Origin: Eledone cirrhosa
Taxonomy: Eukaryota
Assembly (NCBI GenBank): GCA_964016885.1
Contig: OZ024742.1
Span: 34,348,001 to 34,412,000, forward strand
DNA length: 64,000 bases
Direction: 5' to 3'
Positions 1 through 12,761 of the stretch are shown here, piece by piece. A model generated the notes under the pieces. That model had not been told where the DNA came from. It saw only the letters and a program-made list of their open reading frames with translations, and did not search any database. How positions within the stretch are numbered: position 1 is the stretch's first letter; each line of letters starts with the position of its first letter. The position numbers were made by a program, and so were the translations under genes.

Positions 1-75
1 TGAAGATCGACTCCAACCGTGACTAACCCCACTGAACAGTTTCGTGAAATAGTCTTTTAAGACTATATAGTGCAT
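1..75 (+). ncRNA. Partial type I hammerhead-like motif cut by the window start
   Basis: (C)TGAAGA ... GAAA TAGTC-TTTTAA-GACTA TA gives stem III and an NUH site. The 5' strand of stem I lies outside the window and stem II is weak. Confidence 0.35.
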
Positions 76-548
76 TTGTAGTTTTCCCCAAATTGACGGT
101 TAAGTATTACTTCTTGATTTTATTTTGAATTAAGATTGTATTTCTTTTTCCCAAACTTACTACACAAAGTTTGATGACAAAGTTTCTCATCTTGATTTGT
201 TTAGAATTAAGATTGTATTACTTTTTCCCCTCATCTTACATTAAAAAAATGTAATCACTTATATACCTGATCGTTTGCTGAAACATACCATGCATGATCT
301 TTTGCTGATAGGCATGCAGTTTTTCATCCATGGATTCACTGCGATACTGCTGAGCGACATCCCTGGGTGTGAGTTTTTGATTATCACACAGGGAATATCT
401 CTCGAGAAGTTCCTTCCCAACTCTCATGATCTTATCTGTTTCATGCAGATAGACTTGCTCGAGAAGCGGGCTCCTACGCTTCGAGGTTCGTATGTATGTA
501 TGTATGTATGTATGTATGTATGTATGTATGTATGTATGTATGTATTTC

Positions 549-952
549 GATGGCCATTGACTCTTAAGAGGAGAGATGGCCCGTTAACCTTTGTCAAGGC
601 AGAATTCTAGGAGAAGGAAAACTCTGATATAAAACCTGCAACTCTGATGGTCTCCAATGATGTTGACTTATTCTTCTTTTTGGTAAATATCATCTTGGTT
701 AAGAGAGTGGGACTGGAAAAGCTTCACGGCACAGGCATTGCTTTATATATGGAGATCTCTCTGTACTTGTCGTCACATGGTACCATGGGCCCAGCACTAT
801 GTGTCAATAATTATCACAAGTGTAGTGTTTGTACCAGAGCTTTCAAGTCGCTGGTTGGACTAAAAAGTCACACTCGTTCATCGCATCGGTAAGGGTTCTC
901 CTACATGGATATAAAGTAGTGGCCGTACTCGAAAACGAGTTGGCAGCCACCA
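549..952 (+). mobile_element. Short bipartite non-autonomous RTE derivative (RTE 5' UTR motif plus RTE 3' end)
   Basis: RTE-type 5' motif CTAGGAGAAGGAAAACTCTG at about 607. The 3' part encodes CSVCTRAFKSLVGLKSHTRSSH and has the GGCCRTACTCG-NNAA-CGAG..GCAGCCA end shared with the RTE copies ending near 9400 and 16340. Flanked by (TATG)n. Confidence 0.65.
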
Positions 953-1358
953 TGTATGTATGTATGCATGTATGTATGTATGGGAGCTTATAGATAGGAC
1001 AACACACGCTGTCTCTTCGTGGGGTGAGTTTTTAATTAATTTTTGTATTCTGAAACATCAAAATACAACAATTTGTTGCTCGCTGGACTCGGGAATATCA
1101 TGACAGAAGTTTGTGGAAGTTACACAAATATTTCCGTATATTTTGCCAGAGCAATCCTTATTTATATTTTACATTTTACATTTACTTACATCTCAATATA
1201 ACATGGCTAAAATTTAAATTTTGCAAAGACACCACAAAAACGTCTACACTCTCATCCCACCACCATATTTACATTTACACATGTCATTACCCTATCTAGT
1301 CTAAAGTCACCGACCTGTTGTCAAACCCTCTACTCTGTGTTGAATGTGTATGTGTATA

Positions 1359-1398
<40 letters not shown>

Positions 1399-1704
1399 TA
1401 TGTATATATATACATCACTCAGTCAAACATCCAGATTTCAACCCCAACATCTACCACAACAACAACACCGGCACTACTGTTTACAGCAACAACTGCTTCA
1501 GAATGAAATGAAATGAACATTTACATCAACAACAGCGGCATCAAACGATAAAAAAAAAAAAACACAAAATAACAAAACACACACACAATCACACACAACA
1601 CAACAACAAGATCAACTGACACCACCACCACCATCACCACCATCCTCCGCCGCCATCACCATCACCAGCGATCGGGCCTTAAGAAAACAACAACTTTAAT
1701 AATA

Positions 1705-1843
1705 TTTTTCTGCTTTTGGCACGGAGCCAGTAATTGTTCCAGCTCATTACTGGTACTCTCTTTTGTTGACTCCATGGGGATGAAAGGCAAGGTTGACCTT
1801 GGCGGGATTTGAGCTCGGAGCGTGGAGGGCCATAGCTCTATGA
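1705..1843 (-). mobile_element. tRNA-derived SINE fragment (abundant family, divergent copy)
   Basis: GGATGAAAGGCAAGGTTGACCTTGGCGGGATTTGA core shared with about 10 copies in the window. Confidence 0.7.
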
Positions 1844-2109
1844 TGTAAAACAATTATAATAATACTGAACGGTAACACGAACGGCTTCAACTATACGAAC
1901 TCTTTTGAAAGTCTACAGTTGACATAATCAGTAATGACGGTAATATATATGCATATATGTGTGTGTGTGTGAGTAGCGTGTGTGTGTTTGTTTGTATGTA
2001 TGAGTATTAGTGTGCGCGCGCGTATGTATGTGTGTGTGTGCGCGTGTGTGTATGTCGTACGTATAAGTGTCAATAAGTGGGTTTTTTCTGCTTTTGTTTT
2101 TTTATGTGC

Positions 2110-2290
2110 GGGGACATAGAAATAGTCGGGCTGGATACCCGATCGCGCAGTTAAACCACTGGGAGTGAAGAACCCCTAGCCTTTGTCAGGGCATTCTTGT
2201 AGGAGAAAGCATCTCAGGAAACTGGGTTAACTTCGACATAAAACCTGCGACTCAGTAGTTACCGATGATATTGATCTTTTCTTCTTTTCC
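2110..2290 (+). mobile_element. RTE 5' UTR-like segment
   Basis: Similar to 585-680 (CCTTTGTCA.GGCA..TTCT..TAGGAGAA..., ATAAAACCTGC.ACTC, ATGAT.TTGA.TT.TTCTT). Confidence 0.5.
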
Positions 2291-2363
2291 GGTTATAGCT
2301 ACTGTTGCTCAGAAAGAGAGAGAGCGCTGTCAGACAACACAGAGAGAGGGAGACTTTATCAGC

Positions 2364-4006
2364 ATGTCAACAAGACAGCGTTCCAGCGGAGATAAATATA
2401 AACGAAAATTTTACAAAGGAAAAGAGGATTGTTACAGATTTAAAATTACCTAATATTTCTAACACAAACAACACCAACAATAACACCAACAAAAACACCA
2501 ACAACACCAACAATAACACCAACAAAAACACCAACAACAACACCATCAATAACAACAGCAACAACAAAAATAACAGCGGTAAAATCGAGAACGACAATAA
2601 CAAAAATAACAGAGGTAAGGTCGAGAACGACAATAACAATGACAATAACAACAGCCACAACAACAATAATAGTAGGAACAGTATCAACAAAACAACAATA
2701 ATAACAACAGCCACAATAACAGTAACAACAGCAACAGTATCAACGAAAACAACAACAACAACACCCACACCTGTACCAACGAAAACATCAACAATGACAT
2801 CGATACCTGTAATAGCGATCTCAGCACCACCAGTAAGACCAGTAGCGGCAGCAATAATGGTGCTGCTGAAAAATGGACCACTTCTTTTGCAGGTGTCGCC
2901 CGAAATATCGAGACAGTGTTAGTCACAGAGGAGGAGATGGCAGCCGCAAGGGCCATGGTGACAAGAGGCGCCAATAGAGTCTCCCTGAAACCTCCACCCG
3001 ATTTTTTCATGGACTAGCAGCTACGGACGGTGACTTACCGCACCGTCAGCAAAATCTCACATCGGGTGGAGAGAGCCACGGAGGCTCAAATCCAAAAGGC
3101 CTTGGGGACGTCTGGGCACGCAAAACCCACATCACCCGAGGCAGAATGTACGCCACAGTAGACGTACTTTTCGCCACCCCCCAGGAAGCAAAGTCTCACT
3201 CTTTGGAAACCCTAAAGAGTGAGGAGATAGTCTAGGTGCCCTCCTACTGCGGGCAGAAAATTGTGTGGGTCAAAGTGACCAAGGTCCCACTCGACGTGCC
3301 CATACCTTGGCTGGCCGCGTCTGTCCTTGCTGGAATCGAGGACAGGGCGACCATGCTGCAAGTAGAGAAAATAGGGAGAGAGAACTGGTCAGGTATAGGC
3401 ATGCAAATGCTTATACAAACTGACCAGGCATGTATCGACGCTATCCCCGATATCATAGACATCGAGGAAGGACTGCAACTCCCTATAAGCGGAGAAGGAA
3501 GACGGCCAAAATGTTATCTCTGTGGGTCGAAGGGTCACCTCAGGGCCTTTTGCCCGCAGAAGACAGCGAAGAAGAAGGCCCCTCTCCTTCTAATACCTGG
3601 TCCGCTGCTACCAAGAGCAGGGCAGGCAACAAACGCAGAACCCACTTCCACGGTGAGTAGGAGGGCAACGTCCGTGGCACCCGTACCAAGGCCACGGACA
3701 ACTAAAGCAGCAGCATCAGTGGCGGCAACACCAATAGCTACATTTGAAGTAGCTACTCCAGCAACAAAATTGCCGAAGAGGGTTCCACTACCACCACCAA
3801 CAGCCGTGGAGAACATACCCCTCCCAGACGCCATGGAATGCGTCATGAAGTTTGAGGCGGGAGTGAAATGGCAAACGGTCTGCCACAAAAAAAGAAAAAA
3901 GAAAAAACCCTTAGATTCACCCCCCAAAAGCGAAGGCACACAAAGAGGGGTAAAGGTAGCAAGGAAACTTGCAGCAACACCACCACTATCCACATCACCA
4001 CCATAA
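2364..4006 (+). pseudogene. L1/Tx1 ORF1 (gag-like, CCHC knuckle), disrupted
   Basis: CYLCGSKGHLRAFC (CX2CX4HX4C) in ORF 3236-4006. Asn/Thr-rich N-terminal segment, with stops and frameshifts upstream. The start is uncertain. Confidence 0.7.
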
Positions 4007-4474
4007 GCACCACCGCCAACAACAACCACACCACCACCAGCATCACCAAAAACACCAACAACGCAAACAAAACAAAACACACACACACCAAACAGCAACA
4101 AGAAGAAAACAGCAACAAAATCACCCCTCCCCCCCAAAAAAAAGTACACAGCCATAAACATGGCAAAAAAAGAACTCATACAATATATAAAGCAGGACAC
4201 AGACATCACAGAAAAAAAACTACTACACCCCACCAACACCAAGAACTCTCCCGACAAACATAAGCATCATTAAAATCTCAATAGAACAGTACAAATCTTT
4301 AAAACAAAAATTCCCCAATGCAGTTGGAGACTTTAGAGGGTCGGTTACCAAGAGGATAAACACTGACATCCTCTTGGAAAAACCCATGACCAGCCAAAGG
4401 GACGGTTCTACTGTCCCTTCACCACACGATCAAGGTAAGTGACCCTTTCTCACTTGCCCCGTTTCTCATCCAAC

Positions 4475-7400
4475 ATGGCCGTACTCAGAATAGGCAGTAT
4501 AAATGCACGTGGCCTGGGGTCATCTTGGAAGTAGGGTCACCTGCTCAACGACCTCAGGTCACTAAACATAGATGTGGTGGCCATCAGTAAGAACAGAATC
4601 TCCGAAGCACAAGCCTTCGCACCGATCTTCGGCGGCTACGATGTATACGCATCTCCCACCCGTGTGTGTGGGGGGGGGGGCGTCCTTTTTCGGAGAGGCT
4701 TGGATCTCGCCATACGAGCCCTCTTCCTAGACCCAGAAAGTAAGTCGGTGGTGCTGCTGGACGTAACCGGCAGCGAAGGCAATGCTATCAGGCTAGTAGC
4801 CGTCTACGCCCCAGCAGGGGCAGGACAGCCAGATTTCTTCAGACGTCTAGAGACCTTTCTTGGAACATCCCGCTCTTTAGTGTTAGTGGGCGACTGGAAC
4901 GTTATCTTGGATGCACGCTGGGATTGTGTGAGGCTAGTGGATACGGGAGGAGGGTGCAAGAACCTCACCAACCTGCTCAGACGTTTTGAACTGTCTGACA
5001 TGTATCGACTGGATCACCCGAATGTGCCAATGTGGACATGGACAAACCGCATCGAGTCATCCAGATCGTATCTCGATAGGGTATTCTGCAGAGAACTAGA
5101 TAAGGCTAGTATAAGTTGTCCACAATTTAAAATAGTCAACTACACAGACCACAAATTTGTGATCTGTGAGATCGACATACACAGACTTTATAGACAAGGG
5201 CCCGGTTACTGGAAGCTAACGCGTCTTTCCCGGCGCATAAAGCCTACAGAGACCGGATTAGCGTATTAGTTAAGCGGACGTTGACGGGAGCGGTTGTCAA
5301 CAACAGGTGGTGGTTCGCCCTGAAAAGGGCAATTAAAGTAGAGTCGATTAGGTTAAGCAAAGGACTAGTGATAGAGGAAAATAGAGTAGAGGGAGAGCTA
5401 GTCAGAAAGCTAGAAGAGGCGTTTAGGAGAGGCATAGCAACCGACGTGCTTGTGGCGAGATTGGCACTCGACCAATTCTTCAACGCAAACCACGAAGGCT
5501 GCATTGTTAGAGCTAGAGCGCGTGCTCTGAAACACGAGAGGACAAAAGCCGTCCAATGAGCCGGAGTGGCAGAGGCGCGACGTGGCAACAAAGGCACAAT
5601 TCGGTCTTTGTCTGACCAAACGGGTGCGTGTTGTTCGAACTCGAGCAGATGTGTGAAGCTTTTCAGAGGCCTTTTCTGAACTGTTCGGGAGTAGCGGCGG
5701 CCCGGATCGGGGCATGGACTTCAGTGCAAACCTCGACGGACTGCCTCGGCTCTCGACAACCGCAGCACAGTGTTTGAAAATCAAATAACAGCCGGTGAAA
5801 TACGGCAAGCGATGGCTAACTGCACGGGGGGTAAATCGCCAGGTTTGGATGGTCTACCCTACGAGCTTTATGCATTTATGCCAGACTTGTTCGGTGACCT
5901 CTTGGCAGACGTCTACTGCAACTGGCAACAGAACGGGAGCATTCCCAGTTTTGTGAGCCGGGGAGCGGTGGTGCTGCTGAGAAAAGACCCGAACAAGGAG
6001 GATGTTATCGATAATTTCAGGCCCATAACCCTGCTAAACGCAGAGTTCAAGATTTTAACCAAGGTGTTAGCAACGAGGTTGGCGCTTGTCGTCAAGGGTC
6101 TGGTGGGAGAGGCGCAGACATGCGCCATTCCGGACAGATCCATACACGACAACCTCCACCTCATGCGATACATCATAGAGAGGGTGGTTAAGGAACCTGG
6201 CACGGGTGGCGCCCTGATCAACTTGGATCAATCCAAAGCATTCGGTAGGGTCGACCATCGGTACCTGGCGGCGGTCCTCGAGGCAGCCGGTTTCGGGCCT
6301 GTTGTCAGGGGTTGGATCGATGCGATGTACAGCGACATCTGCTCAGTTGTGAGGGTGAAGGGTCACCTGTCGCAGCCGTTCAGCATCATACGCTCAGTCC
6401 GCCAGGGTTGTCCCCTCTCTTCCATCTTGTACGTATTTGGCTCTCGAGCCGTTACTGCACAAACTGGGGGCGATGAGGGGCATCCCACGCGAACTAGGAT
6501 GGGGGAAATCCGAGTCGGCTTACGCCTACGACGTCACCGTGGTGGTGTCGAGCACCAGACACGTCCAGATGATCGGCACTGCTCTCAAGGAATACGAAGC
6601 GGTAACAGGAGCAAAGATAAACCAGGAAAAGTCGGATGGGCTTGCAGCTATGCACCTGGAGAGGCAAGTACATGCCGTCTGACAGCGTCGTGGAGCGTTG
6701 GACGGACAGGTTAAATTGCTCGGGGTCTGGATCGGACCGGACCTCCAGATGGAGAAAAACTGGAACGAGGTGACGAGCAAGGTGGCCTCCCTCACCCAGA
6801 AATGGGCCGAGAGGAAGATGTCCCTGAAAGGCCGGGCGGAGGTGGCGAATGCGTACATTGCATCCATCATCTGCTACCGCCTCACCGTCGTCTCTTGCCC
6901 CGGCTCAACTCTCACCAAAATGGAGCGCCTCCTCTTCCGCTTTTTGTGGAAAGGACGCGCTTCCATGGTCAGACGATCCATCTGCTGTCAACACCCGTTG
7001 CGTGGAGGACTGGGCATGCCATGGCTGATGATGCGCAAACATGCGCTGTGGCTGCGACATCCCTGGTGCTTCCTTGATGGTGAACATATGTGATCGCCGT
7101 TCGCCAGGCACGTTTTCCCACAGCTCGTCTCCTTGACGGAGCTGCAGTCCTGGGTCAGAAAAAGACCGAGGGATAGCGCTTGGAAACTGGAATGTCTCCA
7201 GGCGCTCACTGCCCTCTGCCAGCTGGGCACCAGTATCGGTGGAACATCCACCTCGGCGTTCTATAGAGGACTAGTCGAGGGGAAGTGCGACGACTTTCTC
7301 GGAGAGATCCTGGGCGTCGAAGAAGATCAGTTGTTTGCTCTCTTCCGGAGAACTTTCAGCCCAGGGCCTATGGATAACTTCCAAAAATCCCTGGCCTGGC

Positions 7401-7885
7401 AGTGCTACCGGGGAGCGCTGCCGGTTCGAGATAAGCTCTACAGGCACGGAAGTGACATCAGCCGAGCCTGTCCGAGATGCGTGCAGAGCAACGAAACCGT
7501 CGTGCACGCACTCGTTCAGTGCCCTAGCATTGCTAACTTGTGGAGCTATGTTGAACAGTTGCTGTCGCGTGTAGGACTGATCCGGTTATCGACTGAGTCC
7601 ATTGTGCAGATGGTCTCGCCATCTTCCTTCGAGGAGGAAGGGCAGGCGGTTTTCATCTGCATGGTGGCCATGGCGAAAGAGATTGTGTGGTGGACAAGGT
7701 TGAAAGGGTTAAAGACAGACACTTTCCTCTTTGGCGAATCCCTAATTAACTTTTTCAAGTTTCACTTGAAGAGGAAAATCAGGGTGGAAAGGCAAGTACT
7801 GCCTTCTAGCAAGTTTGTTGAAAGGTGGGTGAATGTAGCGAGAATGGTCCTAGTGAACGGGACCGCTCTGAATATACGTCTGTAG
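4475..7885 (+). pseudogene. L1/Tx1 ORF2: AP endonuclease, reverse transcriptase and C-terminal zinc finger; frameshifted
   Basis: APE motifs MAVLRIGSINARGL, AVYAP, VGDWN, SYLDR, TDH. RT motifs KSPGLDG, FRPITLLN, LDQSKAF, VRQGCPLS, AYAYDV. C-terminal CPRC...HALVQC. Confidence 0.92.
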
Positions 7886-8188
7886 TTTGAGAAATGGAAA
7901 AATTGAGAGAGGGCGCTTGCCCTGGTGGTCAGGGTGGCCGTGGTCTTTTGTGTCGGTTTTCGCTACGAGTAACCCTCGGAGGTTTCCCCCCTATTGGGGA
8001 ATTTTTCATTGTTTCAATTATCATTTTTATTGTTTATATATATATATATGTTTCTGTCTTTTTTTCTTTCCTTAGATAAATAATAAAAATATTTACACGC
8101 ACAAAACTCACACCGTGCCGTCCTGTACCGTCCTGTGCCGTCTGTAATGTTTTTCTTGATGTCAGCGCTTGAGGCCAATAAAGAAATC

Positions 8189-9391
8189 ATGTATGGTAAA
8201 CGACTTGGAGTGGTTGATCAGTTTGTCTACCTGGGAAGCAGTGTCAATCGATACAGAAACTTTGATAATGAAATCCCACTCAGGATTAGGAAAGCAAGTG
8301 ATGCTTTCGGAAAGCTAGAAAGGTGACTCTGGGGTCGGCGAGACATATGCAAGAAGACAAAGGTAAAGGTGTACAAAGCATGTGTGCTCTCTTCTCTTCT
8401 TTATGCCTGCGAGACTTGGGTCACATATCGACACTACCTTAAGCAATTGGAGCATTTCCATCAGACGTGTCTCAGATGGATCCATGGCGTTCACTGGAGG
8501 GACCACATCAGTTTTGTCGAGATTTTGGAAAGCTCTATGTGTGACAGTATAGAAGCTCTTGTGCTTAAGCAACGACTCCGTTGGAGTGGTCAGGAGGAAG
8601 GATTCCAGAATACCAAAACAATTCTTTTATGGAGAGTTAGTTTTATGGAGAGTTAGTTAAAGAAAAACGACCGCCACATAAACCAGAAAAGAGGTATAAG
8701 GATTGTTTGAAGGCCTCTTTGAAAGACGCTACCATCTCTGCTGATACATGGGAAAATGTTGCTGCTGATCGTAATAAATGGAGAAAGACTGTATATGAGG
8801 GAAAAGTTGCCTTTGAGGCATCTCGAATCGCATACGAGAAAGTAAAGCTGCATGTGAGGAAGGGCATTGTTGCTGCACTTCCAGACGGCGAAGGTCCTCC
8901 TATGGTGCTGACATGCAGCGTCTGTGCGAGACTCTGCCTAAGCAAAGCTGGACTCGAAAGTCATCTTCGCAGTCATAAAGTAAGACCAGTGGTTGACTAC
9001 CAGGCTGTTGTTGGAGATGCTACTCATCATGCTTGCCAAGCATGTGGTAGAGAATGTAAATCAGCAGGAGGGCTCAAACGACATGCAAAAGTACACGAAC
9101 TCCAACCTCAGCCGACTATTCTCAGTGAATATGTTGGTTGCCGACTCTGTGCTAGACATTTTAGATCATTGGCTGGGCTAAAAAGTCGCATTCGATCGCA
9201 GCGCTGTTAATTGCTATCGTGTGTGTGTGTGTGTATAGATATGTTTATGTGTGTGCGTGTGTGTGTATATATATATGTATATTGTTATTGTTGTTGTTGT
9301 CGTTATTATTATTGTTGTTATTATTATTATTATTGTTTTTATTACGGGTTTTTTTTCTCGTGCAATGGCCATACTCGACAACGAGGGGGCA

Positions 9392-9399
<8 letters not shown>
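8189..9399 (+). mobile_element. RTE-clade LINE 3' fragment with C-terminal C2H2 zinc fingers
   Basis: FVYLGS, YKACVLSSLLYACETW, RLRWSG, WENVAADRNKWR; C2H2-type motifs CSVC..H..H, CQAC..H..H, CRLC. The 3' stem-loop is followed by (TA)n. Confidence 0.9.
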
Positions 9400-9445
<46 letters not shown>

Positions 9446-9539
9446 TTAATATAGATGAGATTCTACGGGACTTTTTATACTCTACAATGTATTGAGTACC
9501 TTACTTACTGTGGTTACCTCCGATTCAACCCGGAATAAC

Positions 9540-9591
<52 letters not shown>

Positions 9592-9631
9592 TATATGTAT
9601 GTATATATATAGTATATATACTGTATATATA

Positions 9632-9709
9632 TTGGGTGTAACATAAAGTCCTGCCGTTTTGTTATTAAGAGGTGTTATAACAACGGCGGAAATTTATTTT
9701 ACAACCCAA
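9632..9709. mobile_element. Tc1/mariner-type MITE (about 80 bp)
   Basis: Imperfect TIRs TTGGGTGTAACATAAAGTCCTGCCGTT / AACGGCGGAAATTTATTTTACAACCCAA with TA on both sides. Confidence 0.6.
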
Positions 9710-10881
9710 TATATATATATTAGTTAATTAATGTTCACGAACAGATATATGCTTTCATGGAGACCTTCCCACATATAACTCTTTACTTGAGGTCAGTAGA
9801 GTGTAAATTCAATATTATTTTACATTTCTACAGATGTTTCAATATATAATTATATCATCAATATATTGAGGTCCTTTTACTGCCTTTCTTCTTCAAATGT
9901 ATCAGTAAGTAATATAAAGGCTCTCGAGGAATCAGTGTTTTGGATTATAAATGCCTTCAGTTGAGTTTGTTGCATACTGAATTTCAGGAACAATCCCTTC
10001 ACACTGACGTCGTCAGAAATGCTGATGATTGGTCAGTTCGTGACCTGTAACCGAGGAGGTTATTTTTCAATAAATTTAGTATCACAGACGCCTATTACAT
10101 AGATGGAATATTTTTTTCATCTTAACGTTCCAATGGGGTGCAATGTCAGCAAGAGAGTTTCTTATATAGTCGTAGAAACGAAACGAATTAGCGACCAAAT
10201 CGTAGTGAAATTACGCAATATTTTTTAATGAGCAAACATTGGATAATGTAGACAATGGAGCAAAATAACAAATCAAATAATATGGTAGAGACATGGCAGG
10301 AAAGTCTTTTACCTCCTCAATCTAACTCATGTAGGTCTAACTATAATAACTGCATATCGAACTGAAACTGGAGCTAGAGGCTGGTAACGTGAGAGGCCAA
10401 GAGGAAAGGTTAGCCATAACGAGCAAGAGAGAGAGAGAGAGAGAGACGGAAAAACGTGAGAGAGAGTGTGTGTGTGTGTGTGTGTGGCTAGGAAGAGAGA
10501 GATAGTGAAAGTGTGTTCATAGAAAAGAGACATGGTTCATATTTCAGTATTATTATCATAGTATTCTAAAATACATTGTTACTGTTCCTTAATAATAATT
10601 TACTGAGGCTATTAGCTTTCATTTCATTGCTGAGAGATTTATTACATCTATTAGCACACTCCATACTTTAGTATGCACAACTGTATTTTCACTAGAAATT
10701 AGAGATGCGTGCTGTGATATATAATTTTACATGTGCTGCATGCTTACATCTATTATAACGAAACACTAACGGAAATACAAACGCGTTTTACGTTCATATA
10801 AAATTACAAACTCACACAGACATATGCGTACATATATAGATATATATATATATGTGTGTGTATAAATATACATATATATAT

Positions 10882-11015
<134 letters not shown>

Positions 11016-11028
11016 CACAGATAGATAT

Positions 11029-12015
11029 GTTTCTTTTATTTGCCACTAGGGCATCAAAAGTGGGACAAGTACAAAGGGGGGAGTTTACACAAAAAGGCGT
11101 CCTCAATAAGGAGGAGGCAATAACAAAATATAAAAATAAAATAAGATATAACAAAAAATAAAATTTATAACAAAATCCTCAATAGAGAGGAGGTGCCTTG
11201 GGGGGTCGCACACACCCCCGAAAAAAGTGTGCAACCCTTTTCCTCAGGAGCACAGAGAAGGGGTGCTCCCTTGGTCTTTCATCTTCCTCACCTATAGTCT
11301 GATGTAGAGTGAAGGCCCATTCACACGGGCCATTCTCGCCACTTTCACCCATCTTTCATAGAAACGGCTGGGGTGCAGCACCTCTCTCTCCATCCTGATC
11401 CTTCTTCCGAAATGATATCGGAAGAAACGGACCAGTTGTTGGCCAGAGAGAAAGGTGCCTGACCTCAGTCCTTTCAGACGCGTCCACCATACAACCTCTT
11501 TCGCCATGGCTATTACGCACAGAAACACCGCCTCTGCTTCATCTTTGAAGGTGGGAGGCGGCTTGATCATTACAATAGACTCGGTGGTCAACCGGATTGG
11601 TCCCACCCTTGACAGCAGTTGTTCGACATAACCCCACAGATCGGCTACGCCCGAGCAGTGTACCAATGCGTGTGCAACGGTTTCCTCGTCGCACACGCAT
11701 CTGGGACAGATCTTTTTGGCGGGGTCCCTACCCGGGCGCCCGTGTCTGTAGAGCCTTTCTCGAACGGGTAAAGCCCCTCGGTAGCACTGCCAGGCCAGGG
11801 ACTTCTGGAAGTTGTCCATAGGTCCCGGGCTGAATGTCCTACCGAACAGGCTGGCCAGTTCGTCCTCCTCCATGTCTAGGGCTTCTCCGAGGGCGTCGTC
11901 GCACCTGCTGCGTACCAGCCCTCTATAGAATGTTGCGGTGGAGTCTCCACTGATAACCGGATCCGCCTGCCAGAGGGCGGTGAGCGCCTGGGCACACTCA
12001 GTGTGCCAGGCGCCA
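11029..12015 (-). mobile_element. L1/Tx1 3' fragment (second subfamily)
   Basis: The C-terminal part of ORF 11292-12197 matches the ORF2 C-terminus at 7133-7885 (PGPMDNFQKSLAWQCYRGALPVR, CPRC, WWTRLKGL). 3' UTR ends AATAAAAGAAACATATCTATC. Confidence 0.88.
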
Positions 12016-12023
12016 GATAGATA

Positions 12024-12335
12024 GATTTCTTTATTAGCCACAAGGGCGCACAAGAAAAGGGGACAAAACAAAGACATGCCAGGGATTTTACATACAGTCG
12101 TGTAAAAAATATAAAAACAAACAAATACAACAATCGAAATCCCCAATAGGGGGGAGGCGCCACAAATGGGTTGTTTAATACCCCGTCGATAGAACAACCC
12201 TCAACTCCAGGAGCGTGTTGTGCAAGTGTTGCTTTCTTCCTTTTGCTCTCTTCCTCAACCTACAGGCTAATAAACAGAGAAGGCCCAATCACTCGGGCCA
12301 TTTTTGCTTCAATCACCCACCTTTCAGTAAATTTA
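12024..12335 (-). mobile_element. Short L1/Tx1 3' fragment (third subfamily)
   Basis: [21 protein letters not shown] plus a 3' UTR nearly identical to 50088-50400. (GATA)n on both sides. Confidence 0.85.
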
Positions 12336-12352
12336 CATAGATAGATAGATAG

Positions 12353-12422
<70 letters not shown>

Positions 12423-12528
12423 GTATATATATACACAGATAGATATAAAGATAGATACATATATATTTTTATATATATACATATATATATATATACACAC
12501 GCACATGAACACACATGCATACACACAC

Positions 12529-12611
<83 letters not shown>

Positions 12612-12761
12612 TAGATGCATACAAGCATACCATCATACCATCATACACTCATACGAATATACATATATATACGTGCGAGTCAGTATGAGCAAATTAAAGT
12701 TTCCATATACATATATATATAAAAAAGAAAATTTTCGCTCTACATGGCTGAATACAATAAA

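Larger units (their letters stand above)
2295..8188 (+). mobile_element. Near full-length decayed L1/Tx1-clade LINE
   Basis: Two-ORF layout: zinc-knuckle ORF1, then APE-RT-zinc finger ORF2, then a 3' UTR ending GCCAATAAAGAAATC. The 5' boundary is approximate. Confidence 0.9.

Noticed and set aside
2110-2260. HDV-like ribozyme in the RTE 5' UTR
   Set aside because: Plausible for RTEs, but I could not build the double pseudoknot by eye.
4007-4330. T-poor tract as another hyper-edited region
   Set aside because: No reference copy is available, and it fits low-complexity A/C-rich LINE sequence like 2460-2800.
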